From the NCBI GenBank assembly GCA_965215185.1, contig OZ244034.1:704001-768000 (forward strand): a DNA stretch of 64,000 bases, given 5' to 3'. Positions 10,642 through 20,134 of this stretch are shown here, in pieces. The position numbers and the translations under genes are program-made. Position 1 is the first letter of the stretch, and each line of letters opens with the position of its first letter. Origin of the DNA: Acidimicrobiia bacterium (GTDB lineage: Bacteria > Actinomycetota > Acidimicrobiia > Spongiisociales > ZC4RG35). The notes under the pieces are model-generated. The model was not told the origin of the DNA and did no database searches. It saw nothing but the letters and a program-made list of their open reading frames with translations.

Positions 10642-11964
10642 ATGGCTAAGGCGCTGGTTGGGGGAAGGGTGATAGACGGGACGGGACGGGGTCCGATCGA
10701 TGACGCGGTGGTGTTGATCGACGGAGAACGAATTGATGCGGTATTCCGCAGGGGTGAGATGGAACTTTCCGCCGATACCGAAGTGGTGGACATCACCGGT
10801 TCCACGGTGATTCCGGGTCTGATCGACTGCCATGTTCATGTGGCAGTGCTGGCCGATAACTCTTTCCTCCAGGTGGAGGATCCCAAATCGCTGGCTGATC
10901 TGTTCATGACCACATTGTTGTCTCATGGGGTGACCACCGTCCGGGACACCGGCAACTTCGATCCTGATGAGGTCTTCCGCACCTTCAAGGCGGGTAAGGC
11001 GAACTGGCCCCGCTTTTTCGGCGCGGGCACCATCTTGGACGGACCGGCCGATCCCCCTGCACCCTGGCGGTGGCTGGCCGTGATCGACGACGAGGAATCG
11101 GCCCGTCGGGAAGCGGCGAAACTCCTTGACGCCGGCATGGATTTCCTTAAGGTCTATGTGTGGGCGCGGCTCCCGGTACTGCGGGCCGTGATATCGGAGG
11201 CCCACCGGCGGGGGGTGGCGGTCTCAGCGCACGTCGGACACATGGTGACGGTGGAGGAGGCGGTCAGAGTGGGTGTCGACGCGTTGGAGCATGTTCGGAT
11301 CGGACGCGAACTGGTGCCAGAAGACCGGATGGACGAATTCAAGGCGCTCACGGGCCGGATGCTCGATCCCCTGGTGGGCTTCCAGCCGTGGCGTTTCATC
11401 GATCCCGATTCGGACTTGACCGACAGTTTGATCGCGCTCATGGCCGAGAAGGGGATATACATTACGCCCACCCTCACCCTCTCCCAGGCCATCCTGCTGG
11501 GCAACACCCACGAAGCGGTCAATCCGGCGGGTTTGGACGATATGCCGGCCGCGGTTGCCGAGCAGTGGAGCCAGTATGCCTACCCGTTCGACTACACCGA
11601 GACCGACTGGGAAGCGGCGCCAGTGGAGCTACGCAACCAGATGGCGTTCATCGGGCGCGCCCAGCAAGGTGGAGTCAAAGTGACGGCCGGCACCGACCTC
11701 ACCAACCCGTTCGTGGTACCAGGCCACAGCATGCATGAGGAGTTGCGTCTCCTGGTGGAAGGCTGCGGATTCTCACCCATGGAGGCCATTGTGGCCGCCA
11801 CCAGTCGAGCCGCCGACCTGTTGGGCCAAGGCAACGACCTAGGCTCGGTGGAGAAGCGCAAGCTGGCCGACCTGGTGGTGCTGGAGGCCGATCCTTTGGA
11901 TGACATCCGCAATACTCAGCGGATCGCGGCGGTGTATAAGGGTGGTCAGCCGGTAGCCACTTGA
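10642..11964 (+). CDS. Amidohydrolase family protein (imidazolonepropionase-like fold)
   Basis: PGLIDCHVH, GVTTVRDTG, LEH, AGTD, ADLVVLEADPL; AAGGAG RBS. Confidence 0.9.
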   Translation: MAKALVGGRVIDGTGRGPIDDAVVLIDGERIDAVFRRGEMELSADTEVVDITGSTVIPGLIDCHVHVAVLADNSFLQVEDPKSLADLFMTTLLSHGVTTVRDTGNFDPDEVFRTFKAGKANWPRFFGAGTILDGPADPPAPWRWLAVIDDEESARREAAKLLDAGMDFLKVYVWARLPVLRAVISEAHRRGVAVSAHVGHMVTVEEAVRVGVDALEHVRIGRELVPEDRMDEFKALTGRMLDPLVGFQPWRFIDPDSDLTDSLIALMAEKGIYITPTLTLSQAILLGNTHEAVNPAGLDDMPAAVAEQWSQYAYPFDYTETDWEAAPVELRNQMAFIGRAQQGGVKVTAGTDLTNPFVVPGHSMHEELRLLVEGCGFSPMEAIVAATSRAADLLGQGNDLGSVEKRKLADLVVLEADPLDDIRNTQRIAAVYKGGQPVAT

Positions 11965-11965
11965 T

Positions 11966-12829
11966 CTAGGCCGATGTGATCCGCATCCGCACGCCCATCG
12001 CCAGGTCCGGATCAATGTCAAGACCTCGGGCAGTCTCTGAGAATAGGACGCCTCGGCGGGACAGGACCCGGGTGGTGCTGGTGATGTCATCGGTGGACAA
12101 GACCAAACGAAATGGTCCGGGTCCATACCGTTCCAGATTGCGGGCCATGGGGCCGTCCTCAGTGGGCTCATGGATGCCCAGGTCGAATCCGCCCAATCGG
12201 TAGTGACGACTTCGGACCCCCGCCTGCGGCCAGGGTGGCTCAGCGCGGCGGGACCGAAGCCCCAGTGCCCGGTCATAGAGGCCTTCCGCCGCATCCAAGT
12301 CGTCAACTGCTAAATCAATGCCGATTGCCCCGCTTACCCCACTGTCGTGGTTTCCGGGTGGATCCCAAGCCAGCAGGTCCGACTCGTCGGTGATCCAGTC
12401 AATCAGGTAGGGCCAAGGCTTGCGCCATGGCGACCCCCCCGGCACTACCAGCCGCCATTCCAGCCGCCGTCCATCAGGACGCACCCGGTCCATGTCGAAT
12501 GGTCCTTCCGCCTCGATTCCCAGTCCCTTGAGTCCGCTGGCTTCTGTTTCCAAGCCGGTCCCGGCCAGCACGAATCCCACCAGGCCCGAGGATTTCTCCA
12601 AGTAAGCCAGCAGTTCGCCGCCGAAGGGTCCCCGCCCCCTCGCCCGACCTGGGTCTTCCACTGAAAGCAATTCCAGATAGTCGAGACCAAATCGGACTAT
12701 GGCGTTGTGGGTGCCAAGTGAGGGGTGGCGACCGCCTTCGGCTACTTCAAATCCCAACTGGCGGAATGCCGCAATCCCAGATTGCAAGTCGGAAACGCCG
12801 ATCACCGCGTGGTCGAAACGTTCGATCAT
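11966..12829 (-). CDS. VOC / glyoxalase-like domain protein
   Basis: FDHAVIGVSDL, GGRHPSLGTHNAIVRFGLDYLELL, PYLIDW. Confidence 0.85.
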   Translation of the reverse strand: MIERFDHAVIGVSDLQSGIAAFRQLGFEVAEGGRHPSLGTHNAIVRFGLDYLELLSVEDPGRARGRGPFGGELLAYLEKSSGLVGFVLAGTGLETEASGLKGLGIEAEGPFDMDRVRPDGRRLEWRLVVPGGSPWRKPWPYLIDWITDESDLLAWDPPGNHDSGVSGAIGIDLAVDDLDAAEGLYDRALGLRSRRAEPPWPQAGVRSRHYRLGGFDLGIHEPTEDGPMARNLERYGPGPFRLVLSTDDITSTTRVLSRRGVLFSETARGLDIDPDLAMGVRMRITSA

Positions 12830-12839
12830 TGGGGGCTCT

Positions 12840-13826
12840 TCACCCCACGAGGGCCGGGAGCACCTCGTTGGTGACCCTTTGAAACTGGTGGGCCTCTTCG
12901 TAGCCTGCCAGACGGAGAGTGATGGTGGTTGCCCCGGCGTCGGCGAATTCGCTGGTGCGCCTGATGCATTCTTCCGGGTCGCCGATTGCTACCCACCGCT
13001 GCAGGAAACCGCGGTCGTAGTCTGTCCCGTAGTAGTCCCGCATATAGGAAACCACCTCGTCCATGCCTCGGTCGGGATCTTCGGTGACATGGATGTTGTA
13101 GTACAGGGAAGCCTCGAACTCTTCCCCCAGCGGGCGGTTCTCCTCTTCGGCGTACTGTCGGATGGCCGTCAGATTGACCGCGAAATGCTCGGGAGTGTTG
13201 GCGGTGCTCATCCAGCCATTGCCGAGCCGGGCCACCCGTCGTAGAGTGCGTTCGGCGAGCTTCGGAAAGGCCGGATTCGGATTTGCGGTTACCCAGATCG
13301 GCAGGGGCTGTTGCACCGGGCGGGGGAGCACGGTCACATCCTCGAACCGGTTGTAGGTTCCCTCGTAGGAGGCGTTTTCGGTCTCCGACACCAGCCGCAG
13401 GATCTCAATGGCCTCTTCCATCCGCCCACTCCTGGTGGCAGGGTCAATACCGAAGGCTGCGAACTCCTCTTCGAACTTTCCTCCGCCGGCTTCCCTCTGT
13501 CCCTGGCAGGCCACGAAAATGGAGCGACCGTTGGAAACAAAGTCGAAGCTGAGCCACTGGTACGCTATGAGCAGCGCATCGCGAAGCGGTGTGCTCGCCA
13601 TGCAACCCACCCCCAGCTTGACCCGTTCGGTGTGGGCTGCCAGCCACCCTAGCGCTACGAACGCATCCAGTCGCGGCTTGGCGAAGATCGAATCACCCAG
13701 CCACACCGAGTCCCACACCTCGGCCTGGTCAGCTTGCCGGGCCAGGTTGTTCATCTCCTCCAAGGTGGACATCCCCAGCAAGACGCTGCGGTTCGAAAGC
13801 GTTATCCCGTACTTGGCCTTACCCAT
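12840..13826 (-). CDS. LLM class flavin-dependent oxidoreductase
   Basis: DSVWLGDS, LAAHTERVKLG, PRPVQQPLPIW, ARLGNGW; GGAGG RBS before ATG 13826. Confidence 0.9.
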   Translation of the reverse strand: MGKAKYGITLSNRSVLLGMSTLEEMNNLARQADQAEVWDSVWLGDSIFAKPRLDAFVALGWLAAHTERVKLGVGCMASTPLRDALLIAYQWLSFDFVSNGRSIFVACQGQREAGGGKFEEEFAAFGIDPATRSGRMEEAIEILRLVSETENASYEGTYNRFEDVTVLPRPVQQPLPIWVTANPNPAFPKLAERTLRRVARLGNGWMSTANTPEHFAVNLTAIRQYAEEENRPLGEEFEASLYYNIHVTEDPDRGMDEVVSYMRDYYGTDYDRGFLQRWVAIGDPEECIRRTSEFADAGATTITLRLAGYEEAHQFQRVTNEVLPALVG

Positions 13827-13930
13827 AGGCCTCCTATCTGTGGCCGGGCTCAATGTAGCAAGCAGTCAGAGAGTCTTGGTTCAAGCAGGCGCTTTCCTTT
13901 GCTATTACTTGGACTCTAATGAGTGAAGAT

Positions 13931-15403
13931 CTAGCCGCCGAGGGTATGACGCATCAGTTCCCTGAGAGCAATTGTTAAGGATTGGTCTAGCCACTCGTAC
14001 AGTTCGTCAGAGCGGTCTTCGACACTCTCGTCGTGAGTGAAGGTGAAAGCGTCCCATGAAGTACGCACAAAGCTATCTTCATGGGTTGATGCTTCCTCAT
14101 CGGGGATTCTGATATCTCCGAACGAAGTGATGGCCATCACCCCAGTGCGGCGGCTTCCAACATGGTGGATTGATACGACGAAACGTAGTTGGAACCCATC
14201 AACTTTGACTTTTAGCATTGTCCACCAAGCATTGGACAGGTCGGCAAAATGCTCCGCCTGCTTAGCGGTCCCGATGATCTGATGGCGCCACCACTTCGAT
14301 CGAGGATCACTAGACGAGGCATTATCCGTCCAAATCCCGACGCCGGTGCCCTCATCGATGAACACTTTTTCCAAATCCTGGCCGGTTTCCTCAAACCAGT
14401 GTTGAATCCGCCCATGAAGTTGGCTAGCGCGTATGAGGACTGCCCGTTCCTTTTGCTCTGCCTCTTCAAACCTCTTCCGTTCATAAGATTGGGCAAACGC
14501 TCGAGCCGTTTCTCTGGCGCTGCGGGGTACGGGTCGGTGGTCCGGTTCTTCCAACTCCCTCCTGATCGACCGCATGGCTAGCCTGGCAAAAAGCCTCCCC
14601 AGAGGAGTCAAATCCCCTTCGTTGGCTCTGTCTAAGGCGTCCAGATAAGTGTCTCGGTTGGTGCGGTCAACGACCAGGGGCGGGTAGTAGCTCTTTCCCA
14701 GGGATAGGAGGGTTAACGCTCTAGCGACCCGGCCATTGCCATCTTGGAAAGGATGGATCTGGACAAACCGGTGGTGGAGCCACGCTGCGGACACGATGGG
14801 GTGGGATTCCCCCATCCCGTTATACCACTCAACCAGTCTTTCTATCTCGCCGTTTACCTGCTCGGGTGGAGCGAATTTCAATAGGGAACCATCACTCAGT
14901 TTGACATTGTTGGGGAGGGTCTTGAATCTTCCGTGAACCAAGGCGGTCTGCACAGGTCTTCCTAAGGCATCCGTGGCGTCGTAAAAGGACTGAGCCCTAG
15001 TGATCAAGGCGTGTAACTCTTTTATGAAGGAGGTGGTAAGGGGATAGTCCTGCTGAACATATTCTGTGACCATGTTCAGCCCTTCCAACTGGGCCTCGAT
15101 CATGTCCAGAACCCCTTGTGACAATTCCCCGCCGGCTCGTGCTATCGCTTCCCGAGTTAAGCCTTTGGCCACCAAGGTCTCGGTCACTCCCCACTCGATC
15201 TGATACAGACGTTCGATGATGCCGGTTTCGATGGCATGCCTGCGTAGGGTGCGACGCCTTAAGGACATTTGATAGGCTTCGTCCAAAGAATCTGCAAACT
15301 CTTTCCAGGAACGATGGAGACGGTTCAATGCAGCCAAATCACCTCTTAGATTCTCCGGGACTCTTGGGTCCAGAGGTTCAATAGGATGCCACCTGTTGTC
15401 CAT
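13931..15403 (-). CDS. Fic family protein with C-terminal extension
   Basis: Canonical HPFQDGNGRVAR Fic motif; visibly lower GC than its neighbours. Confidence 0.92.
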   Translation of the reverse strand: MDNRWHPIEPLDPRVPENLRGDLAALNRLHRSWKEFADSLDEAYQMSLRRRTLRRHAIETGIIERLYQIEWGVTETLVAKGLTREAIARAGGELSQGVLDMIEAQLEGLNMVTEYVQQDYPLTTSFIKELHALITRAQSFYDATDALGRPVQTALVHGRFKTLPNNVKLSDGSLLKFAPPEQVNGEIERLVEWYNGMGESHPIVSAAWLHHRFVQIHPFQDGNGRVARALTLLSLGKSYYPPLVVDRTNRDTYLDALDRANEGDLTPLGRLFARLAMRSIRRELEEPDHRPVPRSARETARAFAQSYERKRFEEAEQKERAVLIRASQLHGRIQHWFEETGQDLEKVFIDEGTGVGIWTDNASSSDPRSKWWRHQIIGTAKQAEHFADLSNAWWTMLKVKVDGFQLRFVVSIHHVGSRRTGVMAITSFGDIRIPDEEASTHEDSFVRTSWDAFTFTHDESVEDRSDELYEWLDQSLTIALRELMRHTLGG

Positions 15404-15491
15404 GGGCCCCTGAATCTAGTGGCCTTAGGTACGAAGAAATGCCTTTGTAATCCCCCCCGGTATCAAGACTGGAAGCTCACGGCCATGAAAG

Positions 15492-15909
15492 CTATCTGAA
15501 GGGCAAGGCTGCCGAGGAGGGGTTGCTATCCGTTTCATCGACTCGTCGAATCAGATCAGCCCGCCGGTTATCACTTGGGCACAGTGAGAGGCGACTCATG
15601 AGAACGCTGCCGGGAATTCCTCTCAATGCACATGCCGCTATTACCAGTGTGAGGACGATCTCTGCGTGCGTTGTAGTTGCCATGGGCTATCTTGGAAAGG
15701 CCCAGCAGGTAGGACCATGATCAAGGTCCATAAGGCTCAGGCCGCCGCCGCGGAGCCGATCTCCGGCCTCCGTATCACTAGTCCCAGCGCCAGTAACACT
15801 GGAACGATCTGGACGAGGTGGCGAACCAGTGTGCCGCTTTCGATCCCAACCACCACCAGCAACAAAGCCAGCTGATCAAACATCCCGCGATCAGCGTGGC
15901 GCCATTCAC
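15492..15909 (-). pseudogene. Decayed small membrane-protein gene
   Basis: Hydrophobic segments (LLLVVVGIESGTLVRHLVQIVPVLLALGLVIRRP; YLLGLSKIAHGNY; HAEIVLTLVIAACAL) fall in different frames, with an in-frame TGA at 15737-15739. Confidence 0.55.
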
Positions 15910-15943
15910 CAGACTTGCGTTCCCGGAACCCGAAGGGGCGGCG

Positions 15944-16801
15944 CTATATGTAGGTGTAGAAACCTCGTCCGCTCTTGCGGCCAGTCCATCCTGATTCAAC
16001 CAGGCGGGCCAGGAGAGGTGGGGGAGCGTTGGCGGGGTCCCGAAACTCTTCGTACAGGACCTTGCCGATCTCATAGATGGTGTCGAGCCCTATGAAGTCA
16101 GCCAACTGGAAGGGTCCCATGGGGTGGTTCAATCCCAATTTGACTGCGTTGTCGATGTCTTCACGGGTGGCGACGCCCGCCTCGAGCATCCGGATCGCCG
16201 ACATCAGAAACGGGACCACGAGGCCATTGACGACGAATCCCGCCTGATCGCGGCACAGCACCACGCTTTTACCAAGTTGAATGGAGATGAAGTCATTCAC
16301 GATCTTGAGCGTTTCCTCCGAAGTGGTGATCGTGGGGATCACCTCCACCAATTTCATGACCGGCGCCGGATTGAAGAAATGGATCCCCACCACCTCCTCC
16401 GGACGGGTAGTGGCGGCGCCCAACCGAGCGATGGGGATGGAGGACGTGTTGGAAGCCAGGATCGCTTCGCGGTCCTCCACCAACTGGTCAAGGCGTTTGA
16501 ATATGCTCAGTTTGAGGGCGATTACCTCCGAAACCGCCTCTATTACCAACTGGCTTTGCGACAGGCTTGCCAAGTCGTCGCTCACTGTCACATTGGCGAG
16601 GGTGCTCTCCTGTTCGCCTGCCGTCATCTTCCCCCGCGCCACGGCCTTGCCGGTGGACCCGACTATGCGCTGGTAGGCGGCTTCTGCTCGGTCCATGTCG
16701 GCTTCGACCACTGTCACCTTGCTTCCGGCCCGCGCGCAAACCTCAGCGATGCCGGAGCCCATCAGGCCACCTCCGACGACTCCCACTCTTGTGATGTCCA
16801 T
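15944..16801 (-). CDS. 3-hydroxybutyryl-CoA dehydrogenase
   Basis: GGGLMGSGIAEV, VIEAVSE, LASNTSSIPI, GIHFFNPAPVMKLVE, HPMGPF. Confidence 0.93.
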   Translation of the reverse strand: MDITRVGVVGGGLMGSGIAEVCARAGSKVTVVEADMDRAEAAYQRIVGSTGKAVARGKMTAGEQESTLANVTVSDDLASLSQSQLVIEAVSEVIALKLSIFKRLDQLVEDREAILASNTSSIPIARLGAATTRPEEVVGIHFFNPAPVMKLVEVIPTITTSEETLKIVNDFISIQLGKSVVLCRDQAGFVVNGLVVPFLMSAIRMLEAGVATREDIDNAVKLGLNHPMGPFQLADFIGLDTIYEIGKVLYEEFRDPANAPPPLLARLVESGWTGRKSGRGFYTYI

Positions 16802-16827
16802 ATGCTCTCTCGATCGATGGTTGTTGA

Positions 16828-18156
16828 TTAGCCTTGCGGCCTTTCGTCAGGGGGAGCGCCGTTGGGACTCTCTCCGAATATCAAGGCATCCTGCTCCCGC
16901 CTCAGAGAAGGGATAGTAAACGATTCGTCGAGCGCCACATCCGCGTAGGTGAGAGGAGTCCCTGCTTCCAGGGCGCGGGTGAGGCGGGCGCCGGTGGCCA
17001 AGCCCAGGGGCAGCAAGTTGTCCCGGCGGGCCACATCGGCTCTCTCGATGACCCCGTACACACAGAATCCCCCTATCCCATCTATTTCTTCTCCGCTTCG
17101 CAGGGCCTTTTTGGCGATGGTCACGGTTTCGGCGGAGGGCATGCGGTCGGTGGCCAGCGTGGTCTCCCCGCGTAGCACCATTTTGGCAATGGACACGGGG
17201 GTCTCCAGGCTGGTGAGGTGATAGGGTCGGTACAGCGCCCAATATGGGCCTGGTCCCACTTTTAGATACTGAAGATCGCGCACCAGCTTGGGATGATCGG
17301 TGGTGAACACCAAGAACACCCCGGGTGCGACGCCTCGTCCGTAATCGACCCGGTTCCTGCCTGAGAGTATCCCCCCGTCGGCCTGCGGTATGTAGGTGGA
17401 GGCCAGAGTGTCGTGGGTCACCTCCGGGCCGTGCATCCCTCGTTGGTCAGGTAGGTATCCAATCGCGTTAGAGATGGTGGTCATCTCCATCATCGTCTTG
17501 CTGCCGTCCACAAAGGAAGAGAGCATCTTGGGATTCATCATCTGGCGGCGGGCGGTTTCTGCCACAGTGTCGGGATTGGCCGTGGGAATTAGGGGGTTGT
17601 TCTTTCCCTTCCCCACGCTCACCACGTCATAGCCGAGCATGGTGGCAAACTCATATAACTCGGCGATGGCCCCGGGCTCGTCACCTCCTGACAGGGAGTA
17701 GATCACGCCCGCTTCCCGCGCCCGGCGACGCAGGAGCGCCCCCACGGTGGCGTCGGCCTCCACGTTCATCTGCATGACGTGTTTTCCCGCTTCAATGGCC
17801 TGGACAGCGACCTTGGCGCCCATCTCCGGTACGCCGGTGGCTTCCACGGTTATGTCGAGGGGCGGTGCGCTAGCCAAAGCCGCGTTGGTGGTGTAGACCC
17901 GCTTGCCGTCGGCGATCGCCTCTGACGCCTGGTCAAGATCATCGGTTTGGATGATGTCTTTTTCCTCGATCCCGGCTGAGCGATAGATCTCTGCCGATCG
18001 CCCGCTTCCCCGGTCGACGATCACATAGGCGCCCATACCCTCCATCCGCTCCATGGTGATGGCCAGTCCCTCGCCCATTTGCCCGGCGCCCACTATTCCC
18101 ACCTTTATCGGGTTGTCGGCATCCTGTCGGGAACGAAGAAGGGAACTGAGAGTCAC
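16828..18156 (-). CDS. NAD(P)-dependent oxidoreductase with C-terminal SAF domain (homoserine dehydrogenase-like, COG4091 type)
   Basis: GIVGAGQMG, EATGVP, NVEADATVG, GDEPG, DGSKT, YRPYHL, DGIGG...LPLGLA. Confidence 0.85.
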   Translation of the reverse strand: MTLSSLLRSRQDADNPIKVGIVGAGQMGEGLAITMERMEGMGAYVIVDRGSGRSAEIYRSAGIEEKDIIQTDDLDQASEAIADGKRVYTTNAALASAPPLDITVEATGVPEMGAKVAVQAIEAGKHVMQMNVEADATVGALLRRRAREAGVIYSLSGGDEPGAIAELYEFATMLGYDVVSVGKGKNNPLIPTANPDTVAETARRQMMNPKMLSSFVDGSKTMMEMTTISNAIGYLPDQRGMHGPEVTHDTLASTYIPQADGGILSGRNRVDYGRGVAPGVFLVFTTDHPKLVRDLQYLKVGPGPYWALYRPYHLTSLETPVSIAKMVLRGETTLATDRMPSAETVTIAKKALRSGEEIDGIGGFCVYGVIERADVARRDNLLPLGLATGARLTRALEAGTPLTYADVALDESFTIPSLRREQDALIFGESPNGAPPDERPQG

Positions 18157-18258
18157 TTGACCGCCAGTCTATTGGTGATGTGGCTATTCGTCAGGTACGA
18201 CCGGCTAATCCGGGACATCGGGCGGGGTTGTGGCCGCCGGGTGGTCTGTGACTGTGGT

Positions 18259-19866
18259 CTACGTATTTGGCCCTGGCACGATCACTCCGGGGTTGAGGAT
18301 TCCCTTCGGATCCAAATGTGCCTTGGCCCGAGCCAGGACATCGCCGAAGAGCGGGGGTCTTTGTTTCTCGTACCAGGGCTGGTGATCGCGTCCGATGGCG
18401 TGGTGATGAGTGATGGTGCCGCCGTTGTCTACCACGGCGTCCGAGACAGCATTTTTGATGGCGCGCCATTGTCCGATTATGGATCCCGGATGCCCTGCAC
18501 AGTGGAACGCGTAGTAGGGGGCGGGACCGTCCGGGTATGCGTGGCTGAACCGGCAGGATACCGCGCCATCCTGACCAGTGGCCGCCCGGATCGCTCGCTG
18601 CGTCGCCTCTTTCACCGCGTGGTGGAAGGACTCGAAGCGGTCCCAGGTGATGGCCGATTCGAAGGTGTCCGAGATAATTCCGCGGGGGGTGAGGTTCTCT
18701 CGGTTGTACGGCATCTTTATGAATGCGTCACGCCAAGCGCCGACCGCTCCCTTCAGGTGGGCGTCCCGGTTGGTTCGCCAATCGACATCGGGTAGACCGC
18801 CGTGATCGCGAGCGCACTGCTCGGCCCGGTCCATCCAGGCTTCCACCGGGTGGTCGGCCGACTCGAAAGAAACCACCAGCAGCGTGAACGAACCATCCCC
18901 AGCGCCGTTCACCTGCAGCTCAACCCCGTCGACGATCCGCACATTGGCCGGGAACAGACCTGCCTGGGCGATCGCCCGGACAGCCCCGGCAGCTTGGAGG
19001 AAGTCCTTGAAACGGAATCCGGCAGTGGCCTTGAAGGTAACCCGACCTTGCAGCCGCACCCAGGCCTCGGTGACTATTCCCAGGGCGCCCTCCGAGCCGA
19101 GGACCAGACGGTCCGGGCTGGGACCGGCACCCGAACCTGGCAGGCGGCGTGACTCCATCCTCCCGGCCGGTGTGACCATGGACACACTTTCGACCAGGTC
19201 ATCTATGTGGGTGTAGAGAGTTGCGAAGTGGCCTCCTGAGCGGGTGGCTATCCATCCCCCCAAGGTCGAGTGCTGAAAAGACTGAGGAAAGTGACGCAGG
19301 GTCATACCGTGTGGCTTCAGACCGGCTTCGAGTTCAGGCCCGCGCGCTCCGCCCTCTATCCGCGCTGCTCGTGAGACCGGGTCGACTTCGAGCACCCGGT
19401 TCATCCGGCTCATGTCCAAGGTGACGGTCCCGCTGAAACTGTCACCGATGTCGGGCGTCACCCCGCCTACGACCGACGAGCCACCGCCGAAGGGAACCAG
19501 GGCCGCTCCTGTCTCGCCTGCCCAATCCATGATGGCTGCCACATCGGCTTCGTTTCTCGGATAGGCAACCACATCAGGAGCATGGGCAAAGTCGCGGGCA
19601 AAAATCCGGATCGAATCCGGCTGGGACTGTCCGAAACTGTGCAGGATCCGCTCGTAGGGTTGCTGGGTGCTTATCGAGGCAAGGCTCTCTGGCGGATTCA
19701 GGCGGGGTTTTCGCAGCGGTATCTCATCGAGATGAGGTACTCCACCCTCTCCAGAGCCGCGGATGCCGAAGTCCTGGGAGAGGGTGGATAGCAATGTCTT
19801 CAGGTCACGGGACGACAATCCGTCGCCCTCCCGTCCCCACCCCCAGTATTTGAGTCGCTTTGCCAT
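18259..19866 (-). CDS. FAD-binding oxidoreductase, alkyldihydroxyacetonephosphate synthase-like
   Basis: WGWG N-terminus, PFGGGSSVVGG, HFPQSFQHSTLGGW, GSEGALG, THHHAIG, DPKGILNPG. Confidence 0.88.
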   Translation of the reverse strand: MAKRLKYWGWGREGDGLSSRDLKTLLSTLSQDFGIRGSGEGGVPHLDEIPLRKPRLNPPESLASISTQQPYERILHSFGQSQPDSIRIFARDFAHAPDVVAYPRNEADVAAIMDWAGETGAALVPFGGGSSVVGGVTPDIGDSFSGTVTLDMSRMNRVLEVDPVSRAARIEGGARGPELEAGLKPHGMTLRHFPQSFQHSTLGGWIATRSGGHFATLYTHIDDLVESVSMVTPAGRMESRRLPGSGAGPSPDRLVLGSEGALGIVTEAWVRLQGRVTFKATAGFRFKDFLQAAGAVRAIAQAGLFPANVRIVDGVELQVNGAGDGSFTLLVVSFESADHPVEAWMDRAEQCARDHGGLPDVDWRTNRDAHLKGAVGAWRDAFIKMPYNRENLTPRGIISDTFESAITWDRFESFHHAVKEATQRAIRAATGQDGAVSCRFSHAYPDGPAPYYAFHCAGHPGSIIGQWRAIKNAVSDAVVDNGGTITHHHAIGRDHQPWYEKQRPPLFGDVLARAKAHLDPKGILNPGVIVPGPNT

Positions 19867-20134
19867 CGGCTTTGACCTTCTGTTCAATAGGTGCCCTGAG
19901 GGCCACCACTGGCTGACAGGTAAACCAACGCCATCGGCATCGGTTCAGTTGCTGAATTTCCGCTTCCAGTTGTGAAGGGTAGGTTGAACCATTCGGACAC
20001 GTCTGGTGGTCCTATCAGAGGGCGGCGTTTTTCGTTTGGTTTGGGCCACATTGTAGGTTCGCGGACCTGTCCTACGGTGCAGCCTTGGTGCTATTTCAAG
20101 GAGAAGGGTCTTTGGCCGGTAATCTTCTGTCTCT

